DNA from: an uncultured Bifidobacteriaceae bacterium
GTDB taxonomy: Bacteria > Acidobacteriota > Vicinamibacteria > Vicinamibacterales > UBA2999
Direction: 5' to 3'
NCBI GenBank assembly: GCA_964505975.1
Contig: CAZDLW010000002.1
Span: 2,915 to 66,914, forward strand
DNA: 64,000 nt
Position 1 is the first letter of the stretch. Each line of letters begins with the position of its first letter. The position numbers and the translations under genes were made by a program. Positions 27,159 to 34,712 of this stretch are shown one piece after another. The notes under the pieces were generated by a model, which saw only the letters and a list, made by a program, of their open reading frames with translations, searched no databases and was not told the origin of the DNA.

Positions 27159-27406
27159 ATGCCCTCTCGACTGACGGCTTCAGTCGGAAGGATAGAGTTG
27201 AGTGTAATCTGCAGAAATTTCAGGATGCGGCGATAATGATCGCCCCAAAACCAGGAATTTCTGGAGAAAATCTGCCCATCGGCGAACTTCGTTCGACGAA
27301 TTCGTCAACAAATCAATTTGAGTCTCCATTTCCTGTCTCCATTTCCATTCTGACCCCGAAGCAAGCGGCACAGCTTGGGACCGCACATGCAGTCGCGACC
27401 CCTGCG

Positions 27407-28783
27407 ATGCGACCGGACGAGCGCGTGCAGATGGTGGTTTCGCGTCTTGCCGAGATTGTGGGAGTCGCGGTGGCGTTCGTCGGCCGACGCGGCGAGACAT
27501 GGACCATCCTTGCGGAGTCGCCCAGTGGCGGGTTGCCGTTCTCGTCAGGGGCCGTACCGCGTGCTTTCATCCGTACGGCTGAGGCGCTCGGCACCGGTGT
27601 CACCGCCTGGCCCTGCCAGGACCGCGAGTGGACGCTGGTCGGATTGACAAGGAAACCGGATTCGCCCGTCGTGCTCGTACTCGAAAACGACTGGACGCTC
27701 TGTGCGTCGGCTCTCGCAGATCTCGGGCGCTCGTTGCTCTCGGGAAGTACGCAACCAATCGAGTGGTTCCCTCCTGAGGCCGGTATTGCGGCGCACACTC
27801 TGACGCGGGCGCTGGCGGAGAGCGGCGGGTTGAGGGACACGTGCGAGACGGTGCTGCGCCACGTCGTTCGCGCCGTCCCCAGCCGACTTGGTGCGATCGC
27901 CCTTCCGACGCCACACGGCGACCTGTCAGTGGTCGCTACGCACGGGTACCCGCTCGCCCTGGTGGAGCATCTCCGCATCCCCCCCGGCTCTGGAGTCATT
28001 GGGGCGGTATTCCAGTCGGGTTCGCCGATGGTTGTCGCGGACGTCACCCAGGTCTCTGCGATCCGGCGCAAGCGGCATCGTTATCGAACGGGCTCGTTCG
28101 TCGCGATGCCCATCACGGCTGAAGCCGGAGTTCTCGGCGTCGTCTGTCTCACCGATCGGGTGGATGATGGTGCGTTCTCGCTCGAACAAGTAGGAACGCT
28201 GCGCCTGCTGCTGATATCAGCCGGAATGGCGTTGGAGCGGGAGCGGGCCCGACGGCAGGCTCACGCGTATGCGCAGGCCGCGATCGTCGACCCCGTGAGC
28301 ACGCTCTTCAACAGGCGCTACTTCGAAATGCGCCTCGACGAGGAACTGCAACGGGCCGCACGGCAGGGAACAGACGTGGCGCTGCTGATGATCGACATCG
28401 ACGAGTTCAAAGGGATCAACGACACCTTCGGCCACGTAACTGGGGACACCGTGATCAAGGATGTCGCACAGTTGCTGCGCGGGTCCGTCCGCGTCTTCGA
28501 CGTCTGCGCGCGATACGGCGGCGAGGAGTTCTCGGTGGTCATGCCGGGCAGCAGCGCGGAAAGCGCGGCATTGATTGCCGAACGCATCCGCCAGCGGATA
28601 GCCGCGTACCGACCGGCAGATCACCGGTTGCGCGATCTTCGGGTGACGGCCAGCCTTGGTGTCGCGAAGTCATGGGCGGGTGTAACCGCCCTGGACCTGA
28701 TCGAGCGTGCTGACCGAGCGCTGTATGCGGCCAAGCGCGCGGGCAGCAATCGAGTGGTGGTCAGCGGGTCAGCGGACCAGTAG
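27407..28783 (+). CDS. Diguanylate cyclase with N-terminal GAF-like modules (GAF-GGDEF), intact active site and I-site
   Basis: 'RYGGEEFSVVMPG' is the GGEEF active site. 'RVFD' lies five residues upstream and forms the RxxD inhibition site. 'IDIDEFKGINDTFGH' is present, and the GAF segment is 'GSGVIGAVFQSGSPMVVADV...SFVAMPITAEAGVLGVVCL'. Start moved to the ATG at 27407. The in-frame stretch 27236-27406 has GC3 of about 46% by hand count and looks non-coding. Confidence 0.85.
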   Translation: MRPDERVQMVVSRLAEIVGVAVAFVGRRGETWTILAESPSGGLPFSSGAVPRAFIRTAEALGTGVTAWPCQDREWTLVGLTRKPDSPVVLVLENDWTLCASALADLGRSLLSGSTQPIEWFPPEAGIAAHTLTRALAESGGLRDTCETVLRHVVRAVPSRLGAIALPTPHGDLSVVATHGYPLALVEHLRIPPGSGVIGAVFQSGSPMVVADVTQVSAIRRKRHRYRTGSFVAMPITAEAGVLGVVCLTDRVDDGAFSLEQVGTLRLLLISAGMALERERARRQAHAYAQAAIVDPVSTLFNRRYFEMRLDEELQRAARQGTDVALLMIDIDEFKGINDTFGHVTGDTVIKDVAQLLRGSVRVFDVCARYGGEEFSVVMPGSSAESAALIAERIRQRIAAYRPADHRLRDLRVTASLGVAKSWAGVTALDLIERADRALYAAKRAGSNRVVVSGSADQ

Positions 28784-29114
28784 CAGCGACGCCTGAATCA
28801 GCCCGCCCCATCGAGACGCAAGACATCCCATCGAGAATCGTCAGCGAACCCGCGGCCACGGGCGCCCAGCGCTGCAGGAGGGCCATCGCGTGATCCGTGG
28901 TCGCGAAACGCGAGCACCGGACCACGACCGATGCCGTCGCGTCATCGGAACGGGCGACCTGGATCCACCAACTGTGTTGATCGTCGTGCACGCCATGAAC
29001 AGCCGCAATCCAGTCCATGGCGTCGCCATTGACGTGGCGTCCGTCGAGGGCGGACGCAAGCGTGTGCAGTCCGAGCTCCGGGGGAGGAAGGTGGGGGGTG
29101 GAGAGAGACCGCAT
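28761..29114 (-). CDS. Hypothetical small protein (117 aa)
   Basis: It has the best coding-like frame in this gap, with GC3 of about 75% by hand count. The sequence 'DAMDWIAAVHGVHDDQHSWWIQVARSDDATASVVVRCSRFATTDHAMALLQRW' looks like a real fold. Its 3' end overlaps the cyclase gene by 23 nt. No family recognised. Confidence 0.4.
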   Translation of the reverse strand: MRSLSTPHLPPPELGLHTLASALDGRHVNGDAMDWIAAVHGVHDDQHSWWIQVARSDDATASVVVRCSRFATTDHAMALLQRWAPVAAGSLTILDGMSCVSMGRADSGVAATGPLTR

Positions 29115-29358
29115 GCGTTCCGATGTACCAGGACTCGTGCCAGATGCGGGGGCGGCGTAGTGACTTGGGCTAAGCTGTTGGTGAGACGAAATTTGTGCGT
29201 GCAGACCCGAACCTGCGCGTATCCACCGACACGGGGAAATCGCAAAATTGTAATAATTCGCCCGACTTTTTGTGATTTTCTTGTTGAGTTTCTTCTGCTT
29301 CGTACGGCAGACTATCGTCTCTCCCATCTACAAGCATTGCTACTACTCAGCATCTAAA

Positions 29359-30561
29359 ATGGGGAATCCGCTGTTGACAAACGGGCTTGCGCGGTCGCGC
29401 CCTCAGCCAGTTCTGATCGGCGAGAGCCAAGCCGTTTGCGAGTTGCGCAAGGACATCGACGCTGCGGCCCGGACCGACGCCAAGGTCTTGGTTCTCGGGG
29501 AGACAGGCGCGGGCAAAGAGGTCGTTGCGCAACTGATTCACGCGCAGAGCGCGCGGATGCGGCGGCCCTTCGTTGCCGTGAATTGCAGTGGCATTCCGGA
29601 AACGCTGCTCGAGTCGGAGCTGTTCGGTCACATGCGAGGGAGCTTCACGGGGGCGTACCGCGACAAGCCAGGCCTCGTGCGGCAGGCCGATCATGGAACG
29701 TTGTTTCTCGACGAACTCGGGGAGATGAGCCTCCGAATGCAGGCCGTACTGCTCCGGTTTGCCGAAACGGGTGAGATTCAGCCTATCGGAGCCGATGCCG
29801 TAACCGGGCGAACGGACGTCCGCCTCATCACGGCCACCAATCGAGACCTCCGGAAGCAGATCGAACTGGGTGTGTTTCGGGAGGATCTGTATTATCGACT
29901 CAATATCATCCAGATCTACGTGCCGCCGCTGCGCGAACGGGGCGACGACGTCCTGATCCTGGTGCGGCACTACCTCAGGCAGGCGAGTGAAGCCCACGGA
30001 TTGTCGACGCCCGAGGTGACCGCCGATGCCGAGCAGTTGTTGGTCGCCTACCCTTGGCCGGGAAACGTTCGCGAACTGAAGAATATCGCCGAGAGGCTTG
30101 TCGTACGTGCCTCCGAGGCCGCGATCGGGCCCGACGATCTGCCGCGCGAACTCCGTGGCGAGCGACAGATGGTTTCTCCGTCCCGTTGGATGCCCGACAC
30201 GGTGCCGCCGCGTCCGACCGTCCCGGGACCGCCCTCCGAACAGACCTCGGCAACCGTCGACCGTCTGTGGGAGCGCCTGTTGGCAGGGGAGGATTTCTGG
30301 ACGGTTGTCCACCAGCCCTTCAAGGCGCATGAATTGACGCGCGACGATCTGGCCGCGCTGATTCATCGCGGCCTAGAGCACACGCGCGGCAGTTATCGGG
30401 CGCTCCTCACGGTCTTCGGGCTGCCGGCTACCGATTACAAAAGGCTTCACGCGTTCTTGTACCAGCAGAATTGCAACCTTCCCGTAGGTCCGTATCGTGC
30501 GGCGAAGGCCGGCCTGAATCGCTACACACGGGGCTCGTCGACCTACTCGTCCGCCTCGTGA
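29359..30561 (+). CDS. Sigma-54-dependent transcriptional activator lacking a sensory domain (paralog of 23316..24434)
   Basis: 'VLVLGETGAGKEVVAQLIH', 'GSFTGAYRDKPG', 'GTLFLDELGEM' and 'WPGNVRELKNI' match the paralog. The C-terminus 'GSYRALLTVFGLPATDYKRLHAFLYQQNC' parallels the other copy. Start at the ATG at 29359, after an AT-rich stretch. Confidence 0.85.
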   Translation: MGNPLLTNGLARSRPQPVLIGESQAVCELRKDIDAAARTDAKVLVLGETGAGKEVVAQLIHAQSARMRRPFVAVNCSGIPETLLESELFGHMRGSFTGAYRDKPGLVRQADHGTLFLDELGEMSLRMQAVLLRFAETGEIQPIGADAVTGRTDVRLITATNRDLRKQIELGVFREDLYYRLNIIQIYVPPLRERGDDVLILVRHYLRQASEAHGLSTPEVTADAEQLLVAYPWPGNVRELKNIAERLVVRASEAAIGPDDLPRELRGERQMVSPSRWMPDTVPPRPTVPGPPSEQTSATVDRLWERLLAGEDFWTVVHQPFKAHELTRDDLAALIHRGLEHTRGSYRALLTVFGLPATDYKRLHAFLYQQNCNLPVGPYRAAKAGLNRYTRGSSTYSSAS

Positions 30562-30711
30562 ACGATGCGGCGCTGGAGCGTGCGGCGTACGGGTCGGGAT
30601 CGCCGCCCGAGATCGCAGCCCATACCGCCGAGCCGCAGGTCCGTGCCCGGAGGCGTTCCCCCCCGCATCGAGGCGTTGGACCCGCACGCCTCTTGCCGTG
30701 TGCGCACCGTC

Positions 30712-31293
30712 ATGGACGCTGAGCTTGCCGCCGCGTTTCGACAGGTTGCGGCCAACATGGAGCGAATTGCCAGCGACCCCTATGTCGAGTCGTTGTCCCG
30801 CGCCATTGATCTGTTCGAGCGCACGTTTCGAACGGGACACAAATTGCTCGTGTTTGGAAACGGAGGGTCCGCAGCAGACGCGCAACACCTGACCGCGGAG
30901 CTCGTGGGGCGCTTCTTGGCGTTTCGTCGTCCGCTCCCCGCGATCGCCTTGACAACGAATCAGGCGCTCCTCACGGCGTGGAGCAACGACCGATCCTTCG
31001 AGGAGATCTTCAGCCGCCAGGTAGAGGCCCTTGGCGAGCCAGGGGACCTCGCATGTGCACTCTCCACGAGTGGCCTGTCACGAAATGTCACGAACGGGCT
31101 GCGTGCGGCGCGGGAGATGGGGCTCAGCACGATTGCGTTGACGGGCCACGGGGGCGGAGAGCTCGGCGGCCTGTGCGACGTGTTGCTCGCGGTTCCCCTG
31201 AGCGACACGCCACGAATCCAGGAAGTCCACCTGGTCACATACCATCTGATTTGCGCCGCCCTGGAGCAACGGATTGTGGCTCGGGGAACTTGA
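30712..31293 (+). CDS. gmhA: D-sedoheptulose 7-phosphate isomerase (SIS domain)
   Basis: 'LLVFGNGGSAADAQHLTAELVGRF...ALTTN...ALSTSGLSRNV...ALTGHGGGEL...PRIQEVHLVTYHLIC' shows the GmhA hallmarks. Confidence 0.85.
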   Translation: MDAELAAAFRQVAANMERIASDPYVESLSRAIDLFERTFRTGHKLLVFGNGGSAADAQHLTAELVGRFLAFRRPLPAIALTTNQALLTAWSNDRSFEEIFSRQVEALGEPGDLACALSTSGLSRNVTNGLRAAREMGLSTIALTGHGGGELGGLCDVLLAVPLSDTPRIQEVHLVTYHLICAALEQRIVARGT

Positions 31294-31630
31294 GTGCGGC
31301 CACTCCCTTCTCTCCTTCCACAACCAGATAGTCGTACATCAGGGCTTCGTCGAACACCTCGTAAAATCGCGCGGCGAGCGGCTCGTGCGCCGGGTGTCGA
31401 AGGTATGCCTCGAGACCGACAACGTCGTCGAACTCCAGAAACGCGGCGTACGAGTAATCGGTGGACATGCGGTGTTCGTAATCGCGTCCGTGCGTGACCC
31501 GGTGCCCTACGCGTACGCGCCGGATTGAGGGGATCTCCTGGAGGGCTGTGACGAGCGTGTCAGCCAACGCCCCGCGCTGTTCGAGTGAGACGTCGGCGCG
31601 GGGGCGAAAGAGAACGAGATGCACGATCAC
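31235..31630 (-). CDS. Dabb-family (stress-responsive alpha/beta barrel) protein
   Basis: 'MIVHLVLFRPRADVS...IPSIRRVRVGHRVTHGRDYE...YSYAAFLEFDDVVGLEAYLRHPAHEPL' is the typical Dabb pattern. The tail overlaps the gmhA 3' end by 59 nt. Confidence 0.75.
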   Translation of the reverse strand: MIVHLVLFRPRADVSLEQRGALADTLVTALQEIPSIRRVRVGHRVTHGRDYEHRMSTDYSYAAFLEFDDVVGLEAYLRHPAHEPLAARFYEVFDEALMYDYLVVEGEKGVAALKFPEPQSVAPGRRKSDGM

Positions 31631-31723
31631 AGGAAGAATCTCTCGGCCGAGAAGTCCGCCGCAAGGGACACACGAATGGGACGACGCCCAAGGCGCCGTT
31701 CGTCATGCCCCCGCGCCTGACCG

Positions 31724-32332
31724 CTACCGGCGGAAACGTGTTCGTGGGCGATCGGCCCTTCCTCGAGGTGCCGACGACGACGGCGCGGTCGCGTTGCGAG
31801 AGCGTGGTCCGGCATCCCGCGTGCGAGGACGCTGCCGAGGTTCCTGTTCCCCGCCGGCGTGCGATGAGCGTTCTGGTCGTTCACGCTCGACCGGCACGTT
31901 CGGAGCCCCCCTGCGCGAGCGTGCCGCGTATTCGGTGGCTGACGGGTCGCCATGCTGGCGAACGAACTTGCTCCGGCGTCGGTCGATATTCCGCTGCCGT
32001 TTGGCGTCCTTATATCGTTGCCGCGGATCGCGATGGTCACCGCCTGGTCGCCAATCACGATGACCGGATTGCGAGGGACCACCGCTCATCGATCTCGGGC
32101 CCGATCGTCCCGATCGTCGCTGGTCCGTGGGGTTCCGTCGGGACATCAACTCTTCTCGTGCGGCGTCGGGCGACTCCCACAGCCGGCCGCGGGCGAACCA
32201 CTTCATCACCGCGTCCGGATGCTTCTCCTTGAGTCGCCGGAATGTCGGCACCAGCTCATCGCGTCTGGCGGAGCGAAACGCCGTAGGGAGGTTACCTGCG
32301 ATGATCGTCCAATATGCGTAGCGCGGAGGCAT
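31724..32332 (-). CDS. Hypothetical protein: ~65-aa globular N-terminus plus ~135-aa extremely Arg-rich tail
   Basis: It starts 6 nt after the stop of the upstream response-regulator gene. The N-terminus is 'YWTIIAGNLPTAFRSARRDELVPTFRRLKEKHPDAVMKWFARGRLWESPDAARE'. About 45 of 202 residues are Arg by hand count. Confidence 0.5.
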   Translation of the reverse strand: MPPRYAYWTIIAGNLPTAFRSARRDELVPTFRRLKEKHPDAVMKWFARGRLWESPDAAREELMSRRNPTDQRRSGRSGPRSMSGGPSQSGHRDWRPGGDHRDPRQRYKDAKRQRNIDRRRSKFVRQHGDPSATEYAARSRRGAPNVPVERERPERSSHAGGEQEPRQRPRTRDAGPRSRNATAPSSSAPRGRADRPRTRFRR

Positions 32333-32338
32333 AGTCTC

Positions 32339-33799
32339 TCAATCGTACGCGAAGTTCCTCGACCGTCTGAGCTTCTCCACGAGAGTGGTTCGTTTCAGCC
32401 CCAGGAGGTCCGCAGCCTTGTTGCGATTGCCGGCGGTAAGTTCGAGCGCCCGCCGTATCAGGTCGCGTTCGATCGTTGCCAGGTAGCGGGGCATGTCCAG
32501 ACCGCTTTCCGGAAACTCCACGGGTGGAGCGGCCGTCGCTCGAGCGACCGGCTGTGTTTCCGCGGGCAGATCCCCCACGTCGATCTCTCGGCGCCCGCCG
32601 TTCAGGGCAACTGCTCGTTCGATTGCGTTCTCGAGCTGCCGCACGTTGCCCGGCCACTGGTAGGCCATCAGGGCACGCATTGCGCCCTGCGAGAGCTGCA
32701 TCGGCATCCCGGGCGCAAACTTCTCCAGGAAGTGTTTCACCAGGACTGGAATGTCGTCCCGACGGTCGCGAAGCGGTGGCAGTCGAACAGGAATCACGTT
32801 GAGCCGGTAGTACAGATCCTCGCGGAAGGTGCCCTCGCTCACCATTCGTGTGAGGTCGGAGTTCGTAGCGGCAATCACTCGGACATCGACCTTGACCGTA
32901 TTGCTGTCCCCGACGCGCTCGAACTCCCGTTCCTGGAGCGCACGCAGCAACTTCATCTGCAAGCCAGGACTCATCGTCCCGACCTCGTCGAGAAAGAGCG
33001 TGCCCCGATGGGCCTGCTCGAATCGCCCCTGACGTGCGCCAACGGCACCGGTGAAGGCACCGCGCACGTGGCCAAACAGTTCAGCTTCGAGGAGGGTTTC
33101 GGGAATCGCACTGCAGTTCAGCGCGACGAACCGGTGCGCACGGCGAGGGCTGTTGTGGTGTATCGCCCGGGCTACTATCTCCTTACCCGTGCCTGTCTCG
33201 CCGGTGATCAGGATGGTACTGTTCGAACGGGCCACGGTCTCGAGGAGCTGAAATAGCGCCTGCATAGGCTGACTGCGGCCGAGGATTCCTCCGAACTGAT
33301 AGCGCTCTTCGAGTTGCCGGCGCAAGTAGGCGTTTTCCGATTTGAGATGGCGCTGTTCCATGGCCTTGTGCAGGACGTGCATCAACTCGTCGAACTGGAA
33401 CGGCTTGGCGATGAAGTCCGACGCCCCCCGCTTGATGGCGTCGACCGCGTCCTTGACAGTCCCATACCCGGTGATGACCAGGGCGATGATGCTGGGGTAT
33501 CGTCCGCGCGCGGCTTCGATGACGCGTGTGCCGTCGATCCCGGGCATGCGCAGGTCCGTGATGACGATGTCGAAGGCGAACTGATCCAGCAGGACGAGTG
33601 CTCGCTCGCCGCTGTCGGCCTCGACTACCTCGAAGCCCCGATCCGCCAGCCGTTCGGCCATCAATCCCCTCAGCGCCGGCTCGTCATCGACGAACAGGAC
33701 ATGAGGCCTGGTTTCAGCGTTCTGTAACAATCGCCAATATATTGACACTCTTGGCGATTGTTGGCCAGACACGTCATCGATCTTTTCGATGGATGTCAT
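32339..33799 (-). CDS. NtrC-family sigma-54-dependent response regulator (REC + AAA+ + Fis HTH)
   Basis: 'HVLFVDDEPALRGL...FDIVITDLRMPGIDG' is the REC domain. 'ILITGETGTGKEIVARAIH', 'GAFTGA' and 'GTLFLDEVGTM' are the AAA+ motifs. 'GNRNKAADLLGLKRTTLVEKLRR' is the HTH. Start at the ATG at 33799. Confidence 0.9.
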   Translation of the reverse strand: MTSIEKIDDVSGQQSPRVSIYWRLLQNAETRPHVLFVDDEPALRGLMAERLADRGFEVVEADSGERALVLLDQFAFDIVITDLRMPGIDGTRVIEAARGRYPSIIALVITGYGTVKDAVDAIKRGASDFIAKPFQFDELMHVLHKAMEQRHLKSENAYLRRQLEERYQFGGILGRSQPMQALFQLLETVARSNSTILITGETGTGKEIVARAIHHNSPRRAHRFVALNCSAIPETLLEAELFGHVRGAFTGAVGARQGRFEQAHRGTLFLDEVGTMSPGLQMKLLRALQEREFERVGDSNTVKVDVRVIAATNSDLTRMVSEGTFREDLYYRLNVIPVRLPPLRDRRDDIPVLVKHFLEKFAPGMPMQLSQGAMRALMAYQWPGNVRQLENAIERAVALNGGRREIDVGDLPAETQPVARATAAPPVEFPESGLDMPRYLATIERDLIRRALELTAGNRNKAADLLGLKRTTLVEKLRRSRNFAYD

Positions 33800-33945
33800 G
33801 GGTTCATCGAGACGGTGTAGCGCTCGAGCCGCTAACGCGTCGCCAGGATGAGCCGATACAGCCTTATGTAGCGGCTGACGCGGAGATACCGGTGGCAGCC
33901 CTGGTCCCACCCAGAACATCCTGGGCTCTGAGGAGCAAGCGTTTT

Positions 33946-34161
33946 ATGGACCGCCAGACCCTCTCGATCATGAAGGCGTGCGAAGTCGTCGGCGTGAGCC
34001 GCCGAACCATCTATAACTGGATTTCTGCGGGCAAAGTCGAGTACGTTCGTACGGCGGGTGGCTCTATCCGCATCTTTGCCGATTCACTGTGGCGCGATCC
34101 TTCTGCGCCCGCGCAGGATGCCGGCGCAGGCCCGAACGGCGTCGTGCGGTCGCACATGTGA
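33946..34161 (+). CDS. Excisionase/MerR-like HTH_17 small DNA-binding protein
   Basis: 'LSIMKACEVVGVSRRTIYNWISAGKVEYVRTAGGSIRIF' is the typical helix-turn-helix (excisionase-family) signature. 71 aa. Confidence 0.65.
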   Translation: MDRQTLSIMKACEVVGVSRRTIYNWISAGKVEYVRTAGGSIRIFADSLWRDPSAPAQDAGAGPNGVVRSHM

Positions 34162-34174
34162 AGTCGCGCGGGGA

Positions 34175-34384
34175 ATGACGGACGCTGCCGAGCGCGATCC
34201 CGCCCTGCGGGACCTCTTCCACCGGTTGAACAACCAGCTCGGGATCATCCTGGCACATGCGGAGATCCTGGAGGCGAAAGCCGGTGACGACGTGGGTCGG
34301 GCCCGCGCGGCCCAGATGGTGGCCGCGGCGCTGGACGCCATGGGTACCGCCCGAGAGATCCGGCAGCGAACAGATCCCCTGTGA
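34175..34384 (+). CDS. DHp-only (histidine-kinase H-box-like) two-helix miniprotein, 69 aa
   Basis: 'LFHRLNNQLGIILAHAEILEAK' parallels the H-box 'VAHELNNPLGTILSWAERLSER' of the nearby hybrid kinase. A second helix, 'RARAAQMVAAALDAMGTAREI', follows. There is no catalytic domain. A hairpin follows the stop. Confidence 0.45.
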   Translation: MTDAAERDPALRDLFHRLNNQLGIILAHAEILEAKAGDDVGRARAAQMVAAALDAMGTAREIRQRTDPL

Positions 34385-34391
34385 ACCCAAG

Positions 34392-34410
34392 CGGCCCCGC
34401 CAAGGGGCCG
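34392..34410 (+). terminator. GC hairpin directly after the DHp-like ORF
   Basis: CGGCCCC-gccaa-GGGGCCG, a 7-bp stem located 8 nt after the stop. No clear U-tract. Confidence 0.4.
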
Positions 34411-34665
34411 TAGAGCCCTGTGGGCGCCGGTCACCGCCCGAAGGCTGACCACCCACCCCCACCGCATCCTGATGGCCACCGACGCACGGCGTGGTCAGCT
34501 TCCCCGGGTCGAGTTTCCCACAACGCACGGAATGGTCCCAGGGGCGGCTCGCCCAGGGCCCTGGTGCCCCATCGAGTGGTGTGAGCTGCCGGTCACTATC
34601 GGGGACATTTCGAGTCTGGAATCCGATAGGATTTTCCTCGACTGCCCAAGATCGTAATCCATTGC

Positions 34666-34712
34666 GTCATGCCGTTGACGATCTGGCGCGCCATTGTCGT
34701 CAACGTGATGAC
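34666..34712. promoter_or_regulatory. Extended interrupted inverted repeat upstream of the sigma-factor gene
   Basis: GTCAT-gcc-GTTGACGA-(15 nt including GGCGCGCC)-TCGTCAAC-gtg-ATGAC. It lies in an AT-rich intergenic region of about 480 nt, about 175 nt upstream of the ATG at 34888. Confidence 0.3.

Noticed and set aside
27376-27391. Second sigma-54-like element, TGGGACCGCACATGCA, with correct GG-N10-GC spacing.
   Set aside because: It ends only 16 nt before the preferred ATG at 27407, which leaves essentially no 5' UTR. The -12 half reads ATGC. I kept it as an alternative only.
26927-27406. N-terminal extension of the cyclase ORF, from listed start 26927 with an alternative ATG at 27236.
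   Set aside because: The segment 26927-27095 overlaps the upstream gene. The segment 27236-27406 has low third-position GC, about 46% by hand count, and is AT-rich, unlike the coding DNA here. I moved the start to 27407.
34600-34625. T-loop-like 'TTCGAGTC' that might indicate a tRNA or tmRNA-like gene in the long gap.
   Set aside because: Flanking bases do not form a T-arm or acceptor stem. No cloverleaf can be drawn.
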